A DNA stretch of 64,000 bases, from sequence record NC_019423.1. One strand, 5' to 3'. The position numbers and the translations under genes are program-made. The notes under the pieces were generated by a model. That model did not search any database. It worked only from the letters and a program-made list of their open reading frames with translations, and was not told where the DNA came from. The DNA comes from Escherichia phage IME11. The stretch's first letter is position 1. The number at the start of each line of letters is the position of its first letter. Positions 30,673 to 41,164 of this stretch are shown piece after piece.

Positions 30673-31469
30673 TATTTCTTACCGAACAGTGATTTACCAC
30701 CAGCAGGAGTAGTACCTGTGCCAGCACCTGGTTTAGGAGGCAATCCACCTTTACCATTACCACCGGCAGAACTCTTAGTTTTATCACGAGTCTTGCCTTT
30801 GTTCTTCTCCAACCATGCTGCATGGAATACAGCCAGTTCTGGGGTCAGTTCTTTTTCAGCCTTCTCTGCTTCCTGAGCCTCAACGACTGTGACCAGCAGT
30901 TCCGGGTGAAACACTTTCTGAATCTCGTTTACTTCACGGGTTTCACCGGAGTCAACGTAACCGTTGTCACCCTTGACCTGCTTAGCTTCCAGAACCTTTT
31001 CCAGAGCAAAGGTAACAGTCTGTCCAACCAGTTCAACCGGAACCATGACAGACTTATTAACTTCTGCTTTAGCGTCGAAATCGTAGACTTTAACAATCTT
31101 CTCTTCGAAATCTGCTTCAGGCAGTTCAGTACCAGTTGCCATCAGCATCATGTCATTAATGACAGTGTAGCCAGGCAGGAAGTACTCTTTACCGTTCTTC
31201 TCGTAAGTTGGCTTGTTGCCTTTAGCATTACCGGAAGTGAAGTACACCTGGGCACGGAACTCACCGGCAGGTACGCCATCAGAGTTCTTCAAGTTTTCAA
31301 TAATTAACTGCATCCAGTCTGCACCAGAGTCAGCTTTACCTACGTAAGCTACTTTTACAGTACCGGTGTAGATATCGGATTCTTTTGCACCGAAGCCACC
31401 ACCACCCAGGGAGTCTTTAACAGCTTCAACGTTTTTGGTTTTTTCTTTCAGATTACTGAACAATGACAT
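30672..31469 (-). CDS. single-stranded DNA-binding protein candidate (N4 SSB-like)
   Basis: 265 aa (N4 SSB is about 265 aa, from memory); Gly/Pro-rich flexible C-terminal tail GGNGKGGLPPKPGAGTGTTPAGG; position in replication module; no OB-fold motif confirmed by eye. Confidence 0.45.
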   Translation of the reverse strand: MSLFSNLKEKTKNVEAVKDSLGGGGFGAKESDIYTGTVKVAYVGKADSGADWMQLIIENLKNSDGVPAGEFRAQVYFTSGNAKGNKPTYEKNGKEYFLPGYTVINDMMLMATGTELPEADFEEKIVKVYDFDAKAEVNKSVMVPVELVGQTVTFALEKVLEAKQVKGDNGYVDSGETREVNEIQKVFHPELLVTVVEAQEAEKAEKELTPELAVFHAAWLEKNKGKTRDKTKSSAGGNGKGGLPPKPGAGTGTTPAGGKSLFGKK

Positions 31470-31508
31470 ATGATTTTCCTAATAAGTGATTAACAACCAG
31501 GCAAACGC

Positions 31509-32261
31509 TTAAGCGTAGTATTCAGCCAGATGGTCTAAGAGTTTCTGGGCATCGTTGTCGATATAAGTCTCGGACTTATCGAACATACCCATTGGGGAAC
31601 GAAGTCGTTTGCCAACTGACTTCTTGGTTGGACGGGTCTGGAATACGTGCTTATACCCTAAGTCACGTTCTTCTTCCGTAATTTCAAGCATCTTGTTCCC
31701 ATACTTCTCCAGTTCTTTAATGTCTACGCGTTCTGCGTAAACTACTGTAGAGAAGTAGGCTTCAAGTCCGTTATTCTTCAGGGAGCCTTTCACTGGGATG
31801 AATGTTTTAATCACACCAGCAGCTTCATCCAGTTCGTCTTTAGCATGTGCAGTAATGATTACTGGCTTACCAAATTTAACAACTTTCTGTTGTAGCAGTA
31901 CTTTAAAGAATTGTGCAAAGTCCCCCCAAGCCTTTTGCGTATTTGCAGAAGGCAGAACATACTGTGATTCCAGCATGTCCATCATGAAGGTTGCTGAGTC
32001 AATAATGATACCATCAACATCGTCTGCCATTTCTCCACCCGGAGATGCAACATCAAATGCTTCCCAGATTTGATATGGGTCTTCAATGTTATAAGTGTTG
32101 AACTTGTTACGGAAAGGCAGACGCTTACCTGCTTCAGTATTCAGATATAACCAGCGTTCCTGGTTCCGGATGTTGCGCAGTGATGCTGATTTACCACTCG
32201 CTGAGAATCCTGCAATCAGGATTAGCTGAGTGTTCATATCATTGGAGATTTCTTCGGACAT
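31509..32261 (-). CDS. P-loop NTPase (recombination/replication-associated ATPase candidate)
   Basis: 250 aa; Walker A-like GFSASGKS near the N-terminus; Walker B-like hydrophobic stretch ending in D (GIIIDSA). Confidence 0.5.
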   Translation of the reverse strand: MSEEISNDMNTQLILIAGFSASGKSASLRNIRNQERWLYLNTEAGKRLPFRNKFNTYNIEDPYQIWEAFDVASPGGEMADDVDGIIIDSATFMMDMLESQYVLPSANTQKAWGDFAQFFKVLLQQKVVKFGKPVIITAHAKDELDEAAGVIKTFIPVKGSLKNNGLEAYFSTVVYAERVDIKELEKYGNKMLEITEEERDLGYKHVFQTRPTKKSVGKRLRSPMGMFDKSETYIDNDAQKLLDHLAEYYA

Positions 32262-32317
32262 TATTTTTCCTCGTTTAGTTTAGGAGTCCTTCAAACCAAA
32301 GAAAGACTCCTGTTTGC

Positions 32318-34471
32318 TTATTTGCCAGCGAAGCGTTTAGCCACGGTGACCATTACGGTTGCATTCAATTCATCATCCGGCAACGGATTAGCCAGTTTCT
32401 TATTGAATGAGTAGACGGCTTGCTGTACTTGAGCAAAGTCCCAACCACTGTCTACTAATGCCAGTGCGTATTTAATCATTTGATTATTACGATTACCGGA
32501 GGCAATACGACCAGCGAACCAACGCTCCAGATTATCCAACGACTGTACTTCCTTCATCTGGTTCTGGAACTGCTCGTTCTTACTGGTACGAGGAATAAAG
32601 TCACGCACGTCCAACAGATTCGCATCAAGGTTGTAATGATAGGAACCAGTTTCACAGGACATCCACTTCTTGGCTCGTTGGTTAGCAGACTCATCCGTTT
32701 CGAATGGTAGCCAAGCCATAACGTTATTCATGAACTCTTTGTATTCCTCAGTGTCGAGGTGTAACTCATAGTTCATTGGAATAATTAGACGGAAGCGGTT
32801 CTCTTCATTAGAATGACGCTTAGTGGTATAGGTCATGAACTTATATTCCTTCATTAGTTCATGGCACGTATGCAGTGGTACTCCACCATCACAATCAATA
32901 ACAATCATGTTAAATCCTGGAATAACGTTCTCTTCAGAACGATGCCCATTCTTCATGTGATGGTTTACCCAGTGCATACCGGGAGCTTGGGTTAATACAT
33001 GTAGCTGGTCAAACGGTACACGTTCACCAACATAGTCATAAGCAAAGCTATCACTATATGCCACCAGCATCTCATTGGTGTCAGTCTCTTTCAGAGTCTC
33101 ACCACGGAAGAACTCAATACCTTCATTGAAGGTCTTCTTAATAATGATGTGCTGTTTGTAACCCCATGCTGTAGCAAGAGTCATCATCTCATTACGAGCT
33201 GCATTACCACTCTTATAGAAAGGTAAAGACTCCAGTAAGTCAGCATGAGTTACTTCTTTACCTACGGAAGCAATGTACTTAGCCAGCTTCACATAAGCCT
33301 TCTCACGATTGAGGATTGTCTGGAATGCTGCCCCGGATTCCTCTACGAGCAGGATTGCTTGTTTAAGGTGAGTCATTTCAATGAATGAACTCTGGTCAAC
33401 AAACGCCAGTGCACCTGCCAGCTTAAGAGCCTTGAAGTAACGGTGGGATATTTCAGCCTTACGAATTTCTTCGTGGTCAGCCATAGCCTCTGCTTGTTTC
33501 TCACAATCAATTTTGTAAGTAATCAGAGCAATACCCACTGCATCTTCCACAATCATCTTAAAGCCAAACAGGTTTGGGTCAGCCAAACTATGGAAGTGGT
33601 TAGCCCACTTACCAAGAGACTGTACGTTATCCTGCTTAATCAGGTTGCGGTAGATTTCTTCCGGGGTCAGCGTTGCATGTGCTCGTTTGTCTAAGTGCCC
33701 AATGGCAAACAGGCAGCGACGTGCATACCCTGTATCCAGGAAATCATAGAACTGGTCTTCAGTCTGACCACCGTCCAGCAACTTACTTGGAGTACCAAAT
33801 AACAGTAGGTTAGCGGGGGTCTTACCATCCAGTTCTTCGCCACGAACACTTTCAGCAGTGTTCTTGGTTAGTTTCTGCTTAACTTTCCCCTGGTCATACA
33901 ACTCAAGGAACAGGTTAAGAACTTCAACGTTAGCAATGAGGTTGGAACCAATCTCATCAATCTGTAGGTTAATAGCGCCACAACCAGCCATAAGCAGTTT
34001 GTGACGAAGCTGTTTTACAGCAGGTGCTGTACCGGAGTCGAATGTGAATGGGAATGCCCCAGCACGTTTATATTCTGCTTCAACTTTATCAAACTCTTCC
34101 TGCTGGTCAGTGCCCTGACGTGCAGAACGTTCGTTAGCAATCTTCCATAGACGGTCATTTGCAATGACGGGCATGGTGTCTTCCATAAAACGTTTACGGA
34201 AGCCAGTCATGAACCCGTCTTCAATGATATTTACTGAGTGACCTTTACCGAAACCAGATGTAGCCAACGCCATAGCGTAGATGTTTACCGGCAGGTCACC
34301 ACGGTCTTTAGTTACGATGGTTGCACCCATGCAGGATGCCATTTTAGCCAAGAAGTAGGCCACTTCGACACGGAAGAATCCCCGGTCATTATTCTGGGTT
34401 TTATTGCAGAGCACATCTACGATTTCTTCAATCGCTGGATGGTGCACTACTCCGGTAAGGTCAATACTCAT
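32318..34471 (-). CDS. DNA primase-like replication protein
   Basis: ORF track 32318..34528 (736 aa); Met at 34471 forms an ATGA overlap with the upstream nuclease stop; size and position match the primase of N4-like phages; acidic VIDCDGG motif. Confidence 0.45.
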   Translation of the reverse strand: MSIDLTGVVHHPAIEEIVDVLCNKTQNNDRGFFRVEVAYFLAKMASCMGATIVTKDRGDLPVNIYAMALATSGFGKGHSVNIIEDGFMTGFRKRFMEDTMPVIANDRLWKIANERSARQGTDQQEEFDKVEAEYKRAGAFPFTFDSGTAPAVKQLRHKLLMAGCGAINLQIDEIGSNLIANVEVLNLFLELYDQGKVKQKLTKNTAESVRGEELDGKTPANLLLFGTPSKLLDGGQTEDQFYDFLDTGYARRCLFAIGHLDKRAHATLTPEEIYRNLIKQDNVQSLGKWANHFHSLADPNLFGFKMIVEDAVGIALITYKIDCEKQAEAMADHEEIRKAEISHRYFKALKLAGALAFVDQSSFIEMTHLKQAILLVEESGAAFQTILNREKAYVKLAKYIASVGKEVTHADLLESLPFYKSGNAARNEMMTLATAWGYKQHIIIKKTFNEGIEFFRGETLKETDTNEMLVAYSDSFAYDYVGERVPFDQLHVLTQAPGMHWVNHHMKNGHRSEENVIPGFNMIVIDCDGGVPLHTCHELMKEYKFMTYTTKRHSNEENRFRLIIPMNYELHLDTEEYKEFMNNVMAWLPFETDESANQRAKKWMSCETGSYHYNLDANLLDVRDFIPRTSKNEQFQNQMKEVQSLDNLERWFAGRIASGNRNNQMIKYALALVDSGWDFAQVQQAVYSFNKKLANPLPDDELNATVMVTVAKRFAGK

Positions 34472-35448
34472 GATGGAAAATATCTCTCTCTTTGTTTGCA
34501 AATGGACGCGACAGGGCAGTACAGACAACGCTTAACCTGCCCCTCCACGACCTTGATAGCACCCTTGCCACCTTTTTCAGCCATGAAGATACGGGCAGAT
34601 GACATATCGTCAAAGTTTTTAGTACTTCTGGCTCCAGGTACATCTACCTTAGAAGCATCAGAGAAGTATTTGAACTGTGGCTCTGTTCGCCACAACTCCT
34701 CGTCAGTACATTCAGGGATTTGCTCTTCAGGAGCATCCCAGTACTTCTCAATGAGGTGAATCTTCTCTTCTACCCAACGTTCAGTCTTCTCGACAGATAG
34801 CAACGGAATATCCTTATGCATAATACGATTAGCAGGATAATTCGGATTGCTATTAGCCATGTGTTTCATGAAGTCAGTGAAGATGTAGTTAATACGAATT
34901 ACATCCTCGGTAATGATGTCGTTGTGAATCCAACGATACAAGCTACCTTGCATCTTGTGTTCATCATCACGGGAACCAGCAACCCAGGAATAGGTTGAGG
35001 TAGACTTAAAGTCTTGCAACAGACCTTCTGTTACGATGTCGAACTTACCACCGATAGTCCAACCCTTAACTATCTTGGTTCCACGTTGTTCAATGTAGAT
35101 TGGAATAATGTCAGGGTTAGCATCAAAGTCTGCTTTGGTTGGGTTAATGACTACTGCATCAATTACTCGTTGAGGATAACCCAACTTCTTCAATGCAGTC
35201 TTATGACCTAGCTTCCAGGCTTTCTCGATAGAGTCATGTAAGCCAGTACCCATTGATGTGGAGACGAAATCCATAACATCAATAGACTGGTCACTGAAAT
35301 CTACACGATGTTTCATGACAATTTGCTTAAGAGGTTTAAGCAATGTAGTAGCAGACAGATACTTAGGATTGTCTACGTAATCATACTCATCATGCAATAG
35401 CCATACAGCCAGAGCCAGTGAGACATCATGGTTGTTGGTTATCTTCAT
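34468..35448 (-). CDS. PD-(D/E)XK-type nuclease candidate with C-terminal Cys cluster (Cas4/RecB-like exonuclease)
   Basis: 326 aa; C-terminal C-x2-C-x5-C (CLYCPVASIC) as in Fe-S nucleases; central GKFDIVTEG...LQDFK resembles a D...(E/Q)xK core. Confidence 0.4.
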   Translation of the reverse strand: MKITNNHDVSLALAVWLLHDEYDYVDNPKYLSATTLLKPLKQIVMKHRVDFSDQSIDVMDFVSTSMGTGLHDSIEKAWKLGHKTALKKLGYPQRVIDAVVINPTKADFDANPDIIPIYIEQRGTKIVKGWTIGGKFDIVTEGLLQDFKSTSTYSWVAGSRDDEHKMQGSLYRWIHNDIITEDVIRINYIFTDFMKHMANSNPNYPANRIMHKDIPLLSVEKTERWVEEKIHLIEKYWDAPEEQIPECTDEELWRTEPQFKYFSDASKVDVPGARSTKNFDDMSSARIFMAEKGGKGAIKVVEGQVKRCLYCPVASICKQRERYFPS

Positions 35449-35921
35449 CAGAAGGTAATCCTATAACGATAAATATTTTCCCAATTAATGGACTCGAAAA
35501 GGAATCCTCCAGGAAAGCATGTGTATGTTTTACAATGGTCCTTGTACTCATACTCAATCTTCTTCCACTTACGCATGAAGGAAGGTCTTTCATTACTGTA
35601 AACCCAATCGGTACAGGATTCTTCTTCCTTAACTGCTTCAGCACTAGCCTTAGAATCAATGAAAGCTTTAGCAAGTAGACGATTAGTGTAATGAACCAGC
35701 TTCTCACAGTCATACACTGTAGTGTTTCCTGGCTTACCATTACCCATACGGGCAGCAGCATTTCGCCATAGAGCTTTAAAGGCACAACCCTCATCGAAGG
35801 TCATGCCCAGTGCTTGGATAATATCCTCGCACTCTGCTTGATATGGCTCTTGCTCTTTCCGTTGAGGGTGCTTAACTGGTACTACATACCAGTTATTCAA
35901 TCCACCGGAGAGCTTAGTCAT
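35448..35921 (-). CDS. hypothetical protein (157 aa)
   Basis: ORF, stop-start adjacent to neighbours. Confidence 0.5.
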   Translation of the reverse strand: MTKLSGGLNNWYVVPVKHPQRKEQEPYQAECEDIIQALGMTFDEGCAFKALWRNAAARMGNGKPGNTTVYDCEKLVHYTNRLLAKAFIDSKASAEAVKEEESCTDWVYSNERPSFMRKWKKIEYEYKDHCKTYTCFPGGFLFESINWENIYRYRITF

Positions 35922-36226
35922 TATTCCCCCTTGGGAACCATGTTTGCTTGGAACTCTGGTTCAGACATTAGGCCCAGGTTGTTAATAGACAGATAAACAA
36001 TGTCTTTCAAATCAACCGAGGTGTCGAAACGCTGGTCCAGACTAATCTTCAGAGAGTGATTGGCACGAGCCAAATCTTTATAGGTCACATGAGGTTCGTC
36101 AGTGAGCAACATTGTGTTCATAGTAAGCAGGGAACCGTCATCCACCTTAGGAAGCTGGAAGATTACCTGTGCTGCTATCATCCAATGATATTTTCTGACG
36201 ACGGTTTCTTTAGTACTTTTAGTCAT
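35921..36226 (-). CDS. hypothetical protein (101 aa)
   Basis: ORF overlapping the DNA polymerase stop by 4 nt. Confidence 0.5.
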   Translation of the reverse strand: MTKSTKETVVRKYHWMIAAQVIFQLPKVDDGSLLTMNTMLLTDEPHVTYKDLARANHSLKISLDQRFDTSVDLKDIVYLSINNLGLMSEPEFQANMVPKGE

Positions 36227-38802
36227 GCGAATGCCTTTTGAATTGTTTGATGAACTTCTTCTGGGGTAGCGTGATTTGGAATTTCAATCTCGTTAGCCCA
36301 CGTTGGGTAGAACAAGGATAGTTCCCCACCCAAACCAACTTCTGGATGAGCAATATCAGGATGGTCTTGCCAGTTAACAGCCTCAACCAAGTGCTTGTTC
36401 GTGTACTGCAAGGTATCCATGTTGTCACGAATCATGAAGTACTGGGCATCATGAATGTGAATACTAGGACGTATATCTAATCTGAACTCACTGGCTCTGA
36501 CTTTACGCATAAACTCGGAACCCGCACGGTTATTCAGTAGACACCAGCTTTGCCCTAAAGCATTACCAGCGGTTCTGCCTTCAGCTTCTGCTTCATACGG
36601 AGTCTTACATGTCCCACGTAAAACCTGAGCCAGTAAAGGAGTACGCACTCTCAAACCGAATGCGGCAGTAACATAACCAGTTTTGGCAGCTTCGTCTAGC
36701 TTAGCCTGAACCCACCTGTCACTAACTACATAGAGGTCGTGATAACGTTTCTCTGTAGTCTTAGCCTTCTCTTCAGAGAAGCCACAGTTTTTCATTAAGC
36801 CCATATACGTACCACCATAGGTAAGCAAGAAGGTTGGAGCCTTCGAGTCACTACGCAATGATTTGTACTTATGCTGAATGGAGTTAATGGATTCTACCGT
36901 GTCTTCAATGTCTGGCATCTGCTCACCAAAGTAAGCATATGCACGGAGACTGTGCCCATCATAGCCATCGGTATACACCTTAAGCTTCTGTGGGTCTTTA
37001 GTAGTCAGTGCAGAGATTCTGTCTTCCAGCGAGGCGAAATCCAAGCCGCAAAATACCCAGCCAGGGGCTGCTTCGAAACATTTCTTAATCTTCTTGGCAT
37101 ATTTAGAGCCGGATGGAATTGTTTGTAGATTTGGCTCTGAAGCCGATAGCCTACCGGAGACTGTGCCTCCCAGATTGAGGTTGCCGAATAGGTAGTGCCA
37201 ACCATCCGGTCCCGGTTGGGCATTCCTGAAAGCTGGTATAAAGCTAGTGATAATCTTATCCACGAGCTTATAGTCGATAAGTGCATTGAGCAGTTCCTTA
37301 ACATCTTCACTCTGCGTATGTGTACGCAGTGCTTTAATAGTGTCACCGTCAGTAGCAGGTTGCTTGCTCTTAGTAAGACCAAGAACTGGTAAGCCAATAT
37401 AATCAAATAACAGTTTTTGTAATTGTGGACCAGAGTTTGGATTAAACTCGATGTCACAATCAGCAAGTGTTACCTGCTTCTTCTTCAACTTAGCATTCTT
37501 ATCATCTACCCATTCCTGACGAAGCATCAGGGTGAAATTCTTCATGAGCTTAGATTCACGAATAGTTTTCAGAGCCTGGTTCCTGTCAGTTTCCATCTCT
37601 TTAGCTACTTGGTTAACGGTTTCCATATTCATGGGCATACCGGTTAACTGCATCTGAATAATGTCTTCACAGGCTGGTTTAAAGATGTTGTTGTAAACAT
37701 CCAGTTGGTCATCAGCAATGAGAGTATCCCAGTGCTTCTCATAGGTGTACCAAGTACACAAACCATCAATGAGGTTGTAGCGTAACAGCTGTTCATTAGG
37801 AATAAGACGGATGTCTTTAATATCATCCTGAGCATAGTTACCAGCATACTCCTGAGCCTGGTCTTTCAGACTAAGGTGATTACCAGCACAGCTGTTAGTA
37901 GCCAGGTAGGTGATTAACTTAGTACAGTCCCAATTACGTAGCATGATATCCATGCCATGCAGTAAGCCTTCTGTATCAATCAGGTTATCCATGAATAACT
38001 GATAGATGAGTACGTACACGTCATAGCTAATGTTGTGATACATCTGCCGTTGAGTGTACTTAATAAAGAACTCACGTAGAAGATTTCGAACAACATCATT
38101 TCTATTGATACGCCCGTATGGTGCTTCTGTAGCTCCAGGAATCGGCTCGTAGTCCACATTAAAGGCTATGCCTTGTGTCTTACTCCAACAGAATGTAATT
38201 GTTCCTATACCGGCGTTATAGTGCTTTAAACCGAATGCTTCGATGTCTATAGCCAGTGGCTTATTCATCTCAAGCAGCTGGTCTAGCCAGGCTTTAATCT
38301 TCTCTGGGGTATCCGGGTAAGCTTCAAACTCAATGATTCCTTGTCCTGGTTCAGCATACTGTCCACGAATGTGGTTAAGTAATGCATCCATACCTTGAGC
38401 AATCTTGGATTTCACTACAGGTGGGTCATAAAAGACCTGCCTGTAGCTAGGTGCATAGATAACCTTTTGATTACCCCATACTGAATCACAAACATAGCCA
38501 AGGTTAGCCTCTGCTTTAGCTTCTTTAGTCAGTATTTTGAAGTAATCAGAATCGGTACAGATAATGTACTGAGTTTCTGCATCATCCAGTACTTGCTGCA
38601 ATTCCTGCTGTATGAACTCCTTAATCTCCCTTGCAGGAGTCTTCTTCTTGCCTGGGGCAGAATGAAGTTCGATGAAGATGAAATCTTCCATGCTTAGGTC
38701 ATTAGGCAGCAGGTAGGTTTTAATCATCTCCTCCCTTCGGATTTGATGACCGAGGATAGCAATAGGATACTTACCCGTATCTTGAGAGGTGATGTAACGC
38801 AT
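36223..38802 (-). CDS. DNA polymerase, family A (with 3'-5' exonuclease domain)
   Basis: 859 aa; exo motif AIDIEAFGL; Pol A motif A GLDFASLEDRISA, motif B KAPTFLLTYGGTYMG, motif C IHIHDAQYF. Confidence 0.8.
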   Translation of the reverse strand: MRYITSQDTGKYPIAILGHQIRREEMIKTYLLPNDLSMEDFIFIELHSAPGKKKTPAREIKEFIQQELQQVLDDAETQYIICTDSDYFKILTKEAKAEANLGYVCDSVWGNQKVIYAPSYRQVFYDPPVVKSKIAQGMDALLNHIRGQYAEPGQGIIEFEAYPDTPEKIKAWLDQLLEMNKPLAIDIEAFGLKHYNAGIGTITFCWSKTQGIAFNVDYEPIPGATEAPYGRINRNDVVRNLLREFFIKYTQRQMYHNISYDVYVLIYQLFMDNLIDTEGLLHGMDIMLRNWDCTKLITYLATNSCAGNHLSLKDQAQEYAGNYAQDDIKDIRLIPNEQLLRYNLIDGLCTWYTYEKHWDTLIADDQLDVYNNIFKPACEDIIQMQLTGMPMNMETVNQVAKEMETDRNQALKTIRESKLMKNFTLMLRQEWVDDKNAKLKKKQVTLADCDIEFNPNSGPQLQKLLFDYIGLPVLGLTKSKQPATDGDTIKALRTHTQSEDVKELLNALIDYKLVDKIITSFIPAFRNAQPGPDGWHYLFGNLNLGGTVSGRLSASEPNLQTIPSGSKYAKKIKKCFEAAPGWVFCGLDFASLEDRISALTTKDPQKLKVYTDGYDGHSLRAYAYFGEQMPDIEDTVESINSIQHKYKSLRSDSKAPTFLLTYGGTYMGLMKNCGFSEEKAKTTEKRYHDLYVVSDRWVQAKLDEAAKTGYVTAAFGLRVRTPLLAQVLRGTCKTPYEAEAEGRTAGNALGQSWCLLNNRAGSEFMRKVRASEFRLDIRPSIHIHDAQYFMIRDNMDTLQYTNKHLVEAVNWQDHPDIAHPEVGLGGELSLFYPTWANEIEIPNHATPEEVHQTIQKAFA

Positions 38803-38811
38803 AGCTTTACC

Positions 38812-39342
38812 TTAGAAAATCAGATGGGAAGCTGCATAGTACTCAATAGAAGGCAGAATCTTCTCATACTGTTTTATTGCCATAGTATCACCAGCAAGAG
38901 TCCAGGCTGCTTCACGAGTACGTGGCAGTTCCTTGTACTTACCAGTCTGGTCTTGTGCTACCAGGCATTCAGGTAAAGCATCACGTACATCCTGATAGGA
39001 CATACAACCACGAACCAGGCGATATACAGTCTGGTTCACAAGGTGTACTTCCATAATCAGACGACTGGAGGCTTTCAGATACTTGTCCATTGCAGGCCAT
39101 AGTTCTGGATTAAGTGTTAATCGTTCACCGTAGGTTGGAGGTCTGGAAGCATTAGAACGCTGATAGAACTCCCCTTGATAAAGAAATCCAGCTGATACAT
39201 CAATACCATTGATACGGTCATTCTTATCAATGATACCGTTTAACACACTATCAAGACGAACCAGTTCTGCTAAGAACAGGTGTTTGACTATCTCGCTGCT
39301 ATTGGCAACTTGACCAATAGTCGCTGAACCAATCTGAGGCAT
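38812..39342 (-). CDS. hypothetical protein (176 aa)
   Basis: ORF between helicase and polymerase. Confidence 0.5.
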   Translation of the reverse strand: MPQIGSATIGQVANSSEIVKHLFLAELVRLDSVLNGIIDKNDRINGIDVSAGFLYQGEFYQRSNASRPPTYGERLTLNPELWPAMDKYLKASSRLIMEVHLVNQTVYRLVRGCMSYQDVRDALPECLVAQDQTGKYKELPRTREAAWTLAGDTMAIKQYEKILPSIEYYAASHLIF

Positions 39343-39352
39343 ATATCCTCCC

Positions 39353-40663
39353 TTAGAAAGTTAGACCACCATACTTACTGGCAAGATTGCCGTAGAACAC
39401 TACTCGCTTACGGGCACGAGACACAGCGACGTAAAGCAGACGGGCAACCATATCAGGTTGGCGACAGCTTGAGAGGTCATCTGCATCAATGAAGATTGTG
39501 TCGTAAGTAGAGCCTTGTGATTTATGGACAGTACATGCATGAGTAGCACGTAGGTCTGGAATGGTTTCTTTAAGACGGAAGTATGGTTCCCAGTTCTTCT
39601 CTTTACCTAGCCACTTAACCAAACGGTTGAAGTATTCCGGGTCAGTAGGTACTGGAACTTCACTTACGATACCACCGTAACCAAGGTCCAGAGTACTATC
39701 ACGAACTTCCAGTTCCAGGTCACCTGTAACCTTAATCATGCGAGTACTACTGTCCTGGTCAATGAGTTTTACGTCTTGCTCGATAGACAGACGGTCATCC
39801 ACCCCCAAACGAACAGCAGAGTTAGAAACTAACTGTTCACCAATGGAGTATTCACCTACGTAGCCATTGGCTTCACGAATGTAGTTATTGTAATTAATAA
39901 CCTGGTCATTTGTGTAAGCAACAATACGGCTGTTGGTAGGTTGAGTGAAGTGACTGAGAACCAGTTTCTCCATCTCTTCCCCCTGTACCCAGTCAATAAT
40001 GCCTGGAATACATTTAATAGGCAGGAAGCCTGTCTTACCTTCCACCGTATCACGCAATTGCTGGTGCAATGCTTTGAGTTCCGGTGCATCGGTACGCATC
40101 TGTTCAGTCAGATAGTGTGTTGGGATATTACCTGCATACACTGGAGACTTATTCTCTTTAACAGGTAGAAGCTGAGAAGCATCTCCTACGAATACCAGTT
40201 TACACTGGTGAGTACCTTCACGAGCATACTTAAGTAACTGACGGTCAATCATGGATGCTTCATCTACGAAGATAATTTTGTTCTTCTTAATAGTGAATGA
40301 TTTAGATGGCACTACGTTAGCCTCACCAGTCTTAAAGTCATTCTTAACAATCAGACCCTGGAAGGAATGATAGGTAGACGTTGGACGACCTGTAGCTTGA
40401 GCCAGAACTTCAGCAGCTTTGTTCGTGGTCGCAGTCATAACAACTTCGTTATACAGAGGCTTGGTTCCCATTAGAGAACAAGTTTCCATATATGCAGGCA
40501 TAGTGTCATCAATGAGGTGCGACATCAGGAATGTCTTACCAGTACCTCCTGGGCCTGAAATTCCAAATTCGGTAGCATTAGGGTCGAGCAGGAAGTCGAA
40601 GAACTCCTTCGCAACCGCTTCTTGCCCCTTGTTCAGTGGGGCTTTGGTAGGTTTGGAAAACAT
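39353..40663 (-). CDS. SF1 DNA helicase (Dda/RecD/Pif1-like)
   Basis: 436 aa; Walker A GPGGTGKTF; motif II-like VFVGDASQLLPV; C-terminal VHKSQGSTYD typical of RecD-like helicases. Confidence 0.75.
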   Translation of the reverse strand: MFSKPTKAPLNKGQEAVAKEFFDFLLDPNATEFGISGPGGTGKTFLMSHLIDDTMPAYMETCSLMGTKPLYNEVVMTATTNKAAEVLAQATGRPTSTYHSFQGLIVKNDFKTGEANVVPSKSFTIKKNKIIFVDEASMIDRQLLKYAREGTHQCKLVFVGDASQLLPVKENKSPVYAGNIPTHYLTEQMRTDAPELKALHQQLRDTVEGKTGFLPIKCIPGIIDWVQGEEMEKLVLSHFTQPTNSRIVAYTNDQVINYNNYIREANGYVGEYSIGEQLVSNSAVRLGVDDRLSIEQDVKLIDQDSSTRMIKVTGDLELEVRDSTLDLGYGGIVSEVPVPTDPEYFNRLVKWLGKEKNWEPYFRLKETIPDLRATHACTVHKSQGSTYDTIFIDADDLSSCRQPDMVARLLYVAVSRARKRVVFYGNLASKYGGLTF

Positions 40664-40696
40664 TAAAATCTCCAGTAAAAAACCCTCCGTAGAGGG

Positions 40697-41164
40697 TTAG
40701 ATGTAAGGGGTTAAATCCGGGGGAGTATAGTCTTTCCCTTTCATAACTTTCATATTCTCATTGAAGACAGGTTCCCCATCTTCAAACTTAGAATAGTTTG
40801 AGCGATTGACTTCAGCCAATGCTCCGGGGACATTCATCCCAAGGAAAGTACCGACGCCAGTTGCTGTAACAATCTGGTCTGCCAGCGAGTCCAGCAAAGC
40901 TAAGCGATTGCTATTCGCTGGGAAGATAGCCATGTGGTTTGCTTTCATCAGCAGAGATAATTTACCCAAAGCAGCCTGTGCATCGGCTAACACTTGCATA
41001 CTATCCTCACAGGATGGGGTCAACTCATCTAACATTTCACATACTTCTTCCAGATGGCAACCAATCTGGGTACTAATGTTTTTACTCGTTGGATTTGGTA
41101 CTGCTTTCCGGAACCAGGCTTCCGTATTTGCCAGCGTACAAACGGATGAACTTTTCATGTTCAC
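40697..41164 (-). CDS. hypothetical protein (start uncertain; possible nucleotide pyrophosphohydrolase-like)
   Basis: 155-aa ORF overlapping the upstream HTH gene by 83 nt; an internal Met at 41035 preceded by GGAAGAAG would give 113 aa without overlap; weak EExxE pattern (HLEEVCEMLDEL). Confidence 0.4.
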   Translation of the reverse strand: MNMKSSSVCTLANTEAWFRKAVPNPTSKNISTQIGCHLEEVCEMLDELTPSCEDSMQVLADAQAALGKLSLLMKANHMAIFPANSNRLALLDSLADQIVTATGVGTFLGMNVPGALAEVNRSNYSKFEDGEPVFNENMKVMKGKDYTPPDLTPYI

